DNA of 64,000 nucleotides from an uncultured virus (IMG/VR IMGVR_UViG_2615840715_000006) (taxonomy: Duplodnaviria; Heunggongvirae; Uroviricota; Caudoviricetes). The DNA is taken from IMG/VR virus record IMGVR_UViG_2615840715_000006. One strand, given 5' to 3'. The translations under genes and the position numbers were made by a program. The notes under the pieces were generated by a model that was not told the origin of the DNA, did no database searches, and saw only the letters and a program-made list of their open reading frames with translations. Positions 33,946 through 42,003 of the stretch are shown here, one piece after another (the stretch's first letter is position 1; each line of letters begins with the position of its first letter).

Positions 33946-35649
33946 TCATGCCGCCCTCCGTTCGGGCCGGGCGGCCGTGTCGATCAGCTGCCGGATGGCG
34001 CGCTTGTTGAAGCCGAAGGTCATCAGCGCCGAGGCGCGATAGCGCGTCAGGCCGAAGTCATGGCGGCACTCGGGCGGCAGGTACTGCAGCTGCTTCTCGG
34101 TCGGCGGCTGACGCAGCCAGGACCGGGTCTTGAAGGCGCTCTCGTCGGTCTCGTGCGTGTTCAGCCAGTCGTCGGCCTGCGCGAGGCAGACCGTGCGCTC
34201 GCCGACGCCGAGCAGATGCGGGCGTTCGCCCTTCGCCCCGCCGATGGCGTACCAGACACCGTCCAGCCAGAAGATGCCGCCCCAGGCGGTGAAGCCCGCG
34301 GCCATCAGCGCGTCGTCGGTGCCGAAGAGGTCGACCCATGCGAAGCTCGACCGCTTCAGGAGGTCGATTTCGGTCATCATGAAGCCCGAGAGCGGCGCGG
34401 CACCGCCACCTTCACCGGCCTCTTCGTCGTCCCGCGGGAATGCCTCGCCGCAGAGCGGGCATTCGGTGGCGGCCAGCGGGATTTCCGCCTCGCAAGAAGG
34501 ACACGTCTTCGTCGGCGCCTCGCCGGTTTCGGTCTTGCCGTCGAGATCGACGTCCTGTTCCAGCGTGCCGTGGATCAGGCTCGAGGTGCCGAAATCCAGC
34601 ACGATGCAGTCGGTCTTGACGATGCCGGGATGTTCCTCGGGATCGACGGTGCGCAGGCCGCGCCCGACCATCTGGATCATGGTTGACTTGTACGAGCTGG
34701 GCCGCAGCAGCACGACGCAGGAGGTGGGCGGGTGGTCCCAGCCCTCGGTCAGCACGGCCACGTTGACCACGACGCGGATGCTGCCCGCCGCGTAGTCGGC
34801 AAGGATCGCCTTGCGGCTCTCGGCCGCCAGATCGCCATGGATCAGCGCGGCGGACACGCCCGCCGCCCGAAACGCATCGGTGACGTGTTCGGCGTGGGCG
34901 ACAGTGGAGCAGAACACCACGGTCTGCCGGTCCCCCGCCTTTTCCTTCCAGTGGCGGATCACCTCGTCGGTGACGGGCGCGCGGTCCATGATGCCGGCCA
35001 CTTCCGCCATGTCGAAATCCGACATGGTCTTGCGGACGGATCGCAACTCGTCCTGGACACCGACGTCGATGACGAAGGTGCGCGGCGGCACCAGGTGCCC
35101 CGAGGCGATCAGCTCGCCCAGCCGCACCTGATCGGCGACATTGTCGAAGACCTCGCGCAACCCCTTCTTGTCGCCACGGTTCGGCGTCGCCGTGACCCCG
35201 AAGATCCGGGCGTCAGGATTGGCCTCGCGCACGCGGTCGATGATGCGGCGGTAGCTGTCGGCGACGGCATGGTGCGCCTCGTCCACGACCAGCAGGTCGA
35301 GGCGCGGCATGTCCGCGAGGTTCGAGGCCCGTGCCAGCGTCGGCACCATGGCGAAGGCGACCTGGCCGCCCCAGGACTTCTCCGTGGCGTCGATGACCGA
35401 GGTGGCGACGCCCGGCACCACGCGCTGGAATTTGGCGCGGTTCTGCGCGGTCAGTTCGTCGCGGTGCGCCAGCACGCAGGCCTTGGCCCCCGAATTCTTT
35501 GAGATGGCGCCGATCATCTCGCCGGTGACCGCCGAGAGCATGATGGTCTTGCCCGCACCGGTGGGCGCCACACCCAGCGTATTGCCGCGGGAGGCGAGCG
35601 CAGCCACGCTGCGCTCGACGAAGGTTTTCTGGCGGGGGCGCAGGCGCAT
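33946..35649 (-). CDS. SF2 DEAH helicase with C-terminal Zn ribbon
   Basis: APTGAGKT, DEAH, TAT, QMVGRGLR, CPSC..CPLC. Confidence 0.92.
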   Translation of the reverse strand: MRLRPRQKTFVERSVAALASRGNTLGVAPTGAGKTIMLSAVTGEMIGAISKNSGAKACVLAHRDELTAQNRAKFQRVVPGVATSVIDATEKSWGGQVAFAMVPTLARASNLADMPRLDLLVVDEAHHAVADSYRRIIDRVREANPDARIFGVTATPNRGDKKGLREVFDNVADQVRLGELIASGHLVPPRTFVIDVGVQDELRSVRKTMSDFDMAEVAGIMDRAPVTDEVIRHWKEKAGDRQTVVFCSTVAHAEHVTDAFRAAGVSAALIHGDLAAESRKAILADYAAGSIRVVVNVAVLTEGWDHPPTSCVVLLRPSSYKSTMIQMVGRGLRTVDPEEHPGIVKTDCIVLDFGTSSLIHGTLEQDVDLDGKTETGEAPTKTCPSCEAEIPLAATECPLCGEAFPRDDEEAGEGGGAAPLSGFMMTEIDLLKRSSFAWVDLFGTDDALMAAGFTAWGGIFWLDGVWYAIGGAKGERPHLLGVGERTVCLAQADDWLNTHETDESAFKTRSWLRQPPTEKQLQYLPPECRHDFGLTRYRASALMTFGFNKRAIRQLIDTAARPERRAA

Positions 35650-35663
35650 GGCCGGTCTCCCCC

Positions 35664-36287
35664 TTACTGCGCCCAGCTCGGCCGACCGGCGGTGCCGGAG
35701 GCGGACGCGGTCTGGCTGGGCTGGGTGGCCGTGGTGGGCTGCTGCGGGGCGTGGCCCTGCGCCGGGGCGGCGGAGACCTGCGGCGCGACCGTGCCCATCA
35801 GCGCGGCATAGTCACGGTGATCGGGGGTGACAGCAGCGCGGATCTCGTTCTTGTCCTCGCCGTTGGTGTCGGTGCCGATGTCGATGCGGGCGACGAACTC
35901 GACGCCGTCGAGATCGCCGAAGCCGTTGATGCGGCGGCGCGCCTGTGCCTCGGGCGAGTTGTCCTTGTCCGACACGCCGCGCGCCGAGTTCAGGATGCCG
36001 CGGATCAGGCCGCGCCCCATGTTCGCCCAGTCCGGACCCTTGGGGCTGTAGAGGCCGATCAGCGACCAGACCTTGCGCCGGGCATAGGGCCCCTCGAGCA
36101 CCGTGTATTCGGCGTCGAGATAGACGGCGCCCGAGGCGGCGCGACGCGCCCAGCCGCCGGTCCAGCCCTGCGAGGGGTCGTCGAAGCCGCCCGGGCGCAG
36201 GGTCAGCCGCACCTTGGCGAGCGTGCCCTTCGGGATGACGTTGGTGTTCGATTGCGCGGAGTTGAAGTCGTTCCAGGGTCCGGACAT
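35664..36287 (-). CDS. Phage SSB-like protein
   Basis: IPKG..GPYARRKVW; Pro/Gln/Ala tail ending PSWAQ; adjacent to Sak4-like gene. Confidence 0.65.
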   Translation of the reverse strand: MSGPWNDFNSAQSNTNVIPKGTLAKVRLTLRPGGFDDPSQGWTGGWARRAASGAVYLDAEYTVLEGPYARRKVWSLIGLYSPKGPDWANMGRGLIRGILNSARGVSDKDNSPEAQARRRINGFGDLDGVEFVARIDIGTDTNGEDKNEIRAAVTPDHRDYAALMGTVAPQVSAAPAQGHAPQQPTTATQPSQTASASGTAGRPSWAQ

Positions 36288-36339
36288 TGCGCGGCTCCTT
36301 TCAGTTGGAGGATGGGACGCGCAGCGGCGTCAGAAGGGG

Positions 36340-36368
36340 AAAGCCACCCCGGCGACCGGATCGGGACA
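36340..36368 (-). promoter_or_regulatory. TGTCCC-N14-GGTGGCTTT motif (copy A)
   Basis: Intergenic, upstream of SSB-like gene. Confidence 0.7.
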
Positions 36369-36388
36369 CCGGGCGTGGCGAGAGGCGC

Positions 36389-37264
36389 TCAGCCATGTCC
36401 GGGCTCCTCAGCGGGCGCTGGATCGGCCGGGGTCACCGGCGGCCAGGTCAGGCGTTCGGAGGCTGGCGGCGCGGGGCGCTGGATCTTCTCCATCAGCCGG
36501 CCGAGATGCGGGGCCTCGACCATGTCAAGGCGGCCGGAGCGGTCCTTGGCCGGATAGCCCCAGGGGTTCAGCGTCTGGCAGACGAAGGCGCGCTGTGGCT
36601 GGCCGCCGGGGTCCGGGATGTCGGCCATGGTGATGACCTGATCGACGATGCCCGGCAGCTCGAGTCCGGTCTTGCTGCCGTCGATCTGCGGCTGGAAGAC
36701 CTTGCGGTTGAAGTCGTCGAGCCGCTCGTCGAGGATGCCCACGAACCAGACATGCTTGCCGCGCGTGTGCTGCAGGTGGGTCAGCCAGCCGATCATCTCG
36801 CGGCCATGCAGCCCGTAGGCGCCGCGGATGTCGGGCTTGCCGGTCTTCTCGGAAAACGCCTCGGGCTGGCCCCGGCACCACTGGAAGCAGAGGCGCCCGG
36901 CCACGGTGATCGAGTCGATGAAGACGGTCTCGTATTTTCCGATCACCGCCGGATCGCCGTAGCGCCCGCAGACCTCGTCGAAATGCGCCTGGCTGTAGGG
37001 CTGGTCCTCGCGCAGCGCCGGGTTCGGCCCGCCGATGAACACCGCGAAGTCGCGGCATTCCTTCCAGGTGCGCGGCCGGAGCGTATCGATCTCCAGGCCC
37101 TCGACCGCGAGATCCCCGGCCTCGAGATCGAGGAAGAGCGTGGTCGAGGCGTTCAGCGTCCAGAGCAGGCTGGTCTTGCCGATGCCGGACCGGCCGAAGA
37201 TGACGCCCTTGATGCCCTTGCGCTGCGCGAGCCGCTCATCGGCGCCGATGATGGGAAGGGCCAT
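36389..37264 (-). CDS. AAA_24 Sak4-like single-strand annealing ATPase
   Basis: GRSGIGKT, DLEAG, VFIDSIT, AKDRSG. Confidence 0.85.
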   Translation of the reverse strand: MALPIIGADERLAQRKGIKGVIFGRSGIGKTSLLWTLNASTTLFLDLEAGDLAVEGLEIDTLRPRTWKECRDFAVFIGGPNPALREDQPYSQAHFDEVCGRYGDPAVIGKYETVFIDSITVAGRLCFQWCRGQPEAFSEKTGKPDIRGAYGLHGREMIGWLTHLQHTRGKHVWFVGILDERLDDFNRKVFQPQIDGSKTGLELPGIVDQVITMADIPDPGGQPQRAFVCQTLNPWGYPAKDRSGRLDMVEAPHLGRLMEKIQRPAPPASERLTWPPVTPADPAPAEEPGHG

Positions 37265-37560
37265 CACTGGGCCTCCTTCTTCAGCACCGCGGGCGCGGCG
37301 CGGTCGGCGCCGATGCTCCCGGCCTCGCGGGCGAGCCTGTAGAGCCGCTGAAGTGCTGCGGCGCGACGATAGGCGGCCGAGCTCTCCCGCTCCGCCTCCA
37401 CGATCGCGAAGGCGATCTCGTCGACGCTCGCCTCCACGACCGGCAGCGGCTCTCGTGGCTCGTCGCCGGGGCGCTGCGGGAAGGCGATTGTCTCGGGGAG
37501 GTCTTCGAGGGCGTAGCTCGCCGCGCGAAGACGGGTGATGTCGTCCGGCTGGTCCGGCAT
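37264..37560 (-). CDS. Hypothetical protein
   Basis: GGAG RBS before MPDQPDD (alternative start 37599); stop overlaps next ATG. Confidence 0.65.
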   Translation of the reverse strand: MPDQPDDITRLRAASYALEDLPETIAFPQRPGDEPREPLPVVEASVDEIAFAIVEAERESSAAYRRAAALQRLYRLAREAGSIGADRAAPAVLKKEAQ

Positions 37561-37598
37561 GGCGGTTCTCCGTGAGATGAGGTGATCGAGGAGGCGCA

Positions 37599-37793
37599 TC
37601 ACGCGGCCTCGCGGACGTCGGGCGCGGGCTCGGCGACGTAGATCGCCAAGAGCGGCGTCCCGTCGGCATGGGCGCCGGCGTCCTCGATCTGATAGTTGCG
37701 GTTGGGCTCGCAGACCTCGGTCAGCTCCCAGCGGCGATAGAGCCCCGGAAGACGCCTGAAATCCTCGAGCGACAGATCGGCAGTGCGGTTCAT
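37599..37793 (-). CDS. Hypothetical 64-aa protein
   Basis: MNRTADLS..; first gene after motif copy B. Confidence 0.6.
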   Translation of the reverse strand: MNRTADLSLEDFRRLPGLYRRWELTEVCEPNRNYQIEDAGAHADGTPLLAIYVAEPAPDVREAA

Positions 37794-37841
37794 GCGTGTC
37801 TGCTTTCGGTTGGAGGGAAGGCGCTCGGGGCGCTCGAATGG

Positions 37842-37871
37842 AAAAGCCACCGGCGGGACCGGATCGGGACA
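37842..37871 (-). promoter_or_regulatory. TGTCCC-N14-GGTGGCTTT motif (copy B)
   Basis: Just after sigma-like gene stop; heads the replication operon. Confidence 0.7.
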
Positions 37872-37876
37872 TCGGG

Positions 37877-38599
37877 TCAGGGGATTTCCTCGAGGGCGGC
37901 GGTCAGCCGGCGCATGGCGCGCTGGTACCGCTTGCGGGCGGCGGCCTCGGTCAGACCCAGTTCGACAGCGACCTCGGCCTGCGAGAAGCCCTCGATCGCC
38001 ACGCGGATCACCAGCAGGGCATCATCGCCGAGCAGTTTCCGCACGGCGCCGTTCAACCGTGCGTACCCGGTTGCGCCGATGCCGCTTTCGCCGCTGTCCG
38101 CCACCTCGTCGGGGTCGGCGCCGCTGGCGAGATGTTCGCGCGCCTGGTCGCGCTGGCGCACGCGGATCATGTCGCGCTCGACGTTGCGCAGCACCGTGGC
38201 CGCGATCCAGTTGACGCGGCTGAGGTCGAGGCCGCGGACCGCCTCGGTGGTGCGCGCCAGAACGTCGGACGCGACCTCGTCGGCGGTGCCGAGCCTGCGC
38301 CAGATCGACCGGCGGCGGATGGCGTCGAGGCCGGGCCAGAGCGCCAGCAACAGCAGTGTCAGGGCGCAGTCGGACGCGGTCCCGTCGCCCTGGGCCGCGC
38401 TGACGAGCGCAGAGAGTACCTGGTTCTTCCGGGCCGGATCGCCGGTCGTGCGGTGCAGCCCGTCCAGCAGGGCCGCCGGATCCCGGAACGGTGCGAGGGC
38501 GGCCTGCGCACGCCTGACGGCGTCGAAACTGCGCTGGAAGTGAAGGTTGGAGGAAGACTGCATGAGGTGATCACGGATCTCGTGCCACGCGAAGGACAT
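37877..38599 (-). CDS. Sigma70/ECF-like protein
   Basis: Region-4-like GFSQAEVAVELGLTEAAARKRYQRAMRRL; region-2-like DEVASDV..WIAATVLRN. Confidence 0.65.
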   Translation of the reverse strand: MSFAWHEIRDHLMQSSSNLHFQRSFDAVRRAQAALAPFRDPAALLDGLHRTTGDPARKNQVLSALVSAAQGDGTASDCALTLLLLALWPGLDAIRRRSIWRRLGTADEVASDVLARTTEAVRGLDLSRVNWIAATVLRNVERDMIRVRQRDQAREHLASGADPDEVADSGESGIGATGYARLNGAVRKLLGDDALLVIRVAIEGFSQAEVAVELGLTEAAARKRYQRAMRRLTAALEEIP

Positions 38600-38628
38600 C
38601 GGACGCCTGCCTTGCGGCCAGGCGTCCG
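38600..38628 (-). promoter_or_regulatory. GNRA-capped hairpin abutting sigma-like start codon
   Basis: CGGACGCCT-G-GCC-GCAA-GGC-AGGCGTCCG immediately followed by ATG. Confidence 0.65.
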
Positions 38629-38698
38629 GCGCCTTCTCGTGGCCAGGTCAGGACGTCGCGCGTCTCTGCGATTTCAGAGGGTTGGGTGGGTGCGCGCG

Positions 38699-38944
38699 TC
38701 AGCGCGCGGGTGAGGTCGCGTTGTTCAGTGAGCCGCAGCCGCGGCAGGTGGCCTGCACCGGGAAGCCCACGAGATACTCGTGCCCCCGCGCGAAGCGCAG
38801 GTGCATGCGGCCGTCCCGGCAGATGCCGAGCAGCTTGTCACAGCGCGTGCAGCGCCATTCCGCGTTGGAGGTGGTGGGCTTGGTCTTCGCTGCGCCGGAC
38901 CAGCTCGTCGAGGCTGCCTGGCGCGGGGGGAAGGGAGTCGGCAT
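38699..38944 (-). CDS. Mu Com-like zinc-finger protein
   Basis: WRCTRCDKLLG..CRGCGSLN. Confidence 0.7.
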   Translation of the reverse strand: MPTPFPPRQAASTSWSGAAKTKPTTSNAEWRCTRCDKLLGICRDGRMHLRFARGHEYLVGFPVQATCRGCGSLNNATSPAR

Positions 38945-38990
38945 CGGAGTGCTCCTCTGACTGAGTGAGCACCTCCAGTGGCCGACAGAA

Positions 38991-39032
38991 TCATCGACCG
39001 TCTAACCCCCCAATCATCGACGGTTCATCGAC
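38991..39032. repeat. Three TCATCGAC direct repeats
   Basis: 38991-38998, 39014-39021, 39025-39032. Confidence 0.8.
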
Positions 39033-39068
39033 GGCGCGGTTGGACGTTCGGGATGGGCCGAGGAGAGA

Positions 39069-41186
39069 TTAGCTTGTCTTCAACCCCCACCAAGACTGAC
39101 CGAGATCCTCGATATAGCCTTGGAAGACCGGCCACCGCTTTTTTCCGAGCATCTGCTGGATGCCGGAGGACTTCGACCCGGCGATGAGATCGCGGGTCTT
39201 CACCCCGGGCAGCCCCTTCTTCTTCGCGTCCACCAGCTGTCGGAAACAGTGGACCTGCTGTTCGCTGAACAAAGGCAGCTCCGGTTTTCCGGGCACGTGA
39301 AGTGTTCCAGACTCTCCGTCCGCGTTTTCTACGAGGGTCAGGGCGGTGCCGCCGAGGGCAAGTCCGAGGTTCGATCGGAAGAAGGTCTCGACGTAGCCCT
39401 TGTCGAGTCTGGCAAATCCTGCTGAGCCATCGGTGGCCCGGGGAAGAGTCATGATGAGGTTCGCGGCGATGCATTTCCAGCCGGGATCTTTCCCGCAGAA
39501 CACGATGCCAGGGCCTGCTCCGGAGCGCATGCGCAACTGGACCTCGGCATCCACGAACCACTTCTGTTCGCCCAATCCGCGCGCGAGGTAGCAGGGAACA
39601 TCCTTTCCATCGATGGACATGCTGCCGATGAAGAAGAGCCTCGTCGTGATCTCCTGCTTGCCCTGAATTGACAGCACGCTCTGCAGTGCCTCGATGATCC
39701 GCTGCTCGAGCCATTCCGTGCTGATGGCATAGAGCATCCGGTCCTTCGCTGGTGGTATGTCTTCGTCGTCGAAGTCGTCGATCACGCTGTCATCGACGTC
39801 CTTTTGCACGATCAGCTTGGCCTCGACGAGGCGATCTGGGTCGGTTTTCCTTTCCGAGAAGAAGGTTGCCGGGACTGTTTCTTCCCCTCGGTCATGCAGC
39901 TCCAGCAGCAAGGGGAGGAAGTCGCCAAGCTCGCCGGAGCTCAGGTCTCGGAAGGGGTGCTGGATCTTCCACTCGGTTAGCAGCGTCCGCCCCAGCCTGC
40001 GAAGCTCGGGATCGGGATCGCTGAGCAGGCTGCAGCGGTTACGGTCGGAGATCGTAATCTCCAGGAGGGACGGAGGGTCGGATTCCTGGCGCCGGTAGCG
40101 CACCGCGATGACGGCCCGGGAGATCCCCGACGCGCGCTGCAGTACGCGGGCGGGCGCCAGGTAGCTTTGCGCTGTCTTCTCGATCTCGTCGCCAAACGGG
40201 ACAGAAAGACGAAGCCTTTGTTTCCATCTGGCGAGGCGCACCTCGATTTCGACGAGCGCGGTCTTGTCCACGAGGAATCCGGGCACCGCAGGTGGGTCAA
40301 GCGTGAGCGTCCTGAAGAACTGCGAAAGATCGTAGTTCACCCACGTCAGCGGCTTCGTCGAAACATCGTGCCCCAGGACCTCGGTCGCAAAACACTCGGA
40401 AACCAACGCGCGCTCTGGGGCTGTATCAGCGCAAATCTCGATCCGTTGTTCCACAGGAGTGTAGATCAGCAGAACTTCCTTTTGCGGCCGAAGAAAGCGA
40501 AGGCGTCTGCCTCCATTGTCGAGATGTTCGGGAATGCCGGTGATGTCTTTTGGAATCCGGATAATCACCAGAACCGATGGCTTGTACGCTTCCGTCGCCG
40601 GGAGGTCGACGACGCTCATTCCACAATCTACGGAAAGCTTGAGGCGCAACCGCACAGCAGCGAGGAGCTTCTCCTTGGGTATAGCGTTTGCGTCCACCGG
40701 CTTTGGGTGCTCGAGATCGACATCGAATGCGCTATACAGCTTTCCATCTCGCCACAGACGGGCATTGCGGAAACTCACGGCGTCATCGAATGCACGACGA
40801 TGATGAGCGTGAACGTGTAGTGCGACGGCCAACTCGCCAAGCTGAGCAAACGCAGCTTCGTACTCCTCGTTGGAGAGTTCCTCTTCGGCAATCACCTTGA
40901 GAGCGGACGGGCCTTTTCCGTTCGTCAGAAGCAATACGCGTTGCGCCTCGATTTCGACAGGAAGCGTCACCTCCGGTTTCATGTCGTTGATCGCTGCGAT
41001 CACCGCATTTCGGTTCTCTTCGTTGTCTTCTTCTTCGAGGGGCTTGAAGGGTTCAGCGATCTCAGAGGCAATCGCAACGAAATTCTCATCGTCCTGAAAA
41101 AAGAAACCCCGAAGAGATTCGGGTGATGCGTTCTCAATTACTGTCTGAAGGGACCGCAAGCTACGTTTCGATGACGGGGGCATCAC
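39069..41186 (-). CDS. Large hypothetical protein (705 aa), possible C-terminal wHTH
   Basis: Long ORF in lower-GC DNA, GAGGA RBS; divergent from recombinase operon. Confidence 0.85.
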   Translation of the reverse strand: MMPPSSKRSLRSLQTVIENASPESLRGFFFQDDENFVAIASEIAEPFKPLEEEDNEENRNAVIAAINDMKPEVTLPVEIEAQRVLLLTNGKGPSALKVIAEEELSNEEYEAAFAQLGELAVALHVHAHHRRAFDDAVSFRNARLWRDGKLYSAFDVDLEHPKPVDANAIPKEKLLAAVRLRLKLSVDCGMSVVDLPATEAYKPSVLVIIRIPKDITGIPEHLDNGGRRLRFLRPQKEVLLIYTPVEQRIEICADTAPERALVSECFATEVLGHDVSTKPLTWVNYDLSQFFRTLTLDPPAVPGFLVDKTALVEIEVRLARWKQRLRLSVPFGDEIEKTAQSYLAPARVLQRASGISRAVIAVRYRRQESDPPSLLEITISDRNRCSLLSDPDPELRRLGRTLLTEWKIQHPFRDLSSGELGDFLPLLLELHDRGEETVPATFFSERKTDPDRLVEAKLIVQKDVDDSVIDDFDDEDIPPAKDRMLYAISTEWLEQRIIEALQSVLSIQGKQEITTRLFFIGSMSIDGKDVPCYLARGLGEQKWFVDAEVQLRMRSGAGPGIVFCGKDPGWKCIAANLIMTLPRATDGSAGFARLDKGYVETFFRSNLGLALGGTALTLVENADGESGTLHVPGKPELPLFSEQQVHCFRQLVDAKKKGLPGVKTRDLIAGSKSSGIQQMLGKKRWPVFQGYIEDLGQSWWGLKTS

Positions 41187-41280
41187 TTCCTCTCGCTAAA
41201 GACGCCAAGGCAACTATAAGCGCAGCATCCCGCAGGGGCACTCGCCCATCAATAGATTTTCTCCTGCTCCGACATGGGGC

Positions 41281-41310
41281 TGTCCCGTCGGCAGCCGCCA
41301 GGTGGCTTTT
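41281..41310 (+). promoter_or_regulatory. TGTCCC-N14-GGTGGCTTT motif (copy C)
   Basis: Upstream of recombinase operon, opposite strand to copies A and B. Confidence 0.7.
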
Positions 41311-41347
41311 GATCGGTAGCAGCACCACCGATCACGGCCACCGAGAC

Positions 41348-41551
41348 ATGAAACGCCCGAACCCACTCCCACCCGACCAGATGACGCCCGCAGAGCGCCG
41401 CACAGAGCTGTGCGGCCTGCTGGCGCTCGGGCTGGTTCGGTTGCAGATGCGGAAGACGGGCGAAGTATCTGACGATACTGGAGAAAGTTGCCTACACTAT
41501 CCGCCCGACCAATGCCGTCATGCAACTCCAACTTGCCGGAGAAATGCATGA
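41348..41551 (+). CDS. Small hypothetical protein
   Basis: MKRPNPLPPDQMTPAERR..; stop overlaps DUF2924 ATG. Confidence 0.6.
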   Translation: MKRPNPLPPDQMTPAERRTELCGLLALGLVRLQMRKTGEVSDDTGESCLHYPPDQCRHATPTCRRNA

Positions 41552-42003
41552 ACAAGCCCGATCCCATCCCCGCGCGCCTGGCCGCGCTCAAGACCACGCC
41601 GACGCCCGACCTGAAGCAACAGTGGCGCGACCTGTTCGACAGCGAGCCGCCACCGTTCAACCGCCGCTACCTCGAGTCCCGCCTGGCATACCGAATCCAG
41701 GAACTCGCCTATGGCGGGCTGAAGCCCGAAACGACACGGCGTCTGGAACGGCTCGGCGAGGAACTGGGCGGCGGCGACCGATCCAAGCGCGGCATCCGCG
41801 CAGATCGCGACCGCCCGATCACCGGCACGCGGCTGCTCCGCGAGTGGCAGGGCGTCGAGCAGATAGTCACCGTAACTGCCGACGGCTTCGAATGGCAGGG
41901 GCGGCCGTACAAGTCGCTGTCCGCGATCGCCCGCGCGATCACCGGCACGCGTTGGAACGGGTGGACCTTCTTCGGGCTGAAGAACCACAGGGGGCGGACA
42001 TGA
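41548..42003 (+). CDS. DUF2924 protein
   Basis: RLAYRIQE..YGGL, GTRLLREW, SLSAIARAITGTRWNG. Confidence 0.9.
   Translation: MNKPDPIPARLAALKTTPTPDLKQQWRDLFDSEPPPFNRRYLESRLAYRIQELAYGGLKPETTRRLERLGEELGGGDRSKRGIRADRDRPITGTRLLREWQGVEQIVTVTADGFEWQGRPYKSLSAIARAITGTRWNGWTFFGLKNHRGRT

Noticed and set aside
30408..35830. Long antisense ORFs over replication genes (also 58098..59594, 60771..62714)
   Set aside because: Shadow ORFs; the minus-strand genes carry clear motifs
38945..41347. Alphaproteobacterial LexA box (GTTC-N7-GTTC) or cI-like repressor
   Set aside because: None found by eye in the regulatory intergenic regions; a scan could still reveal degenerate sites
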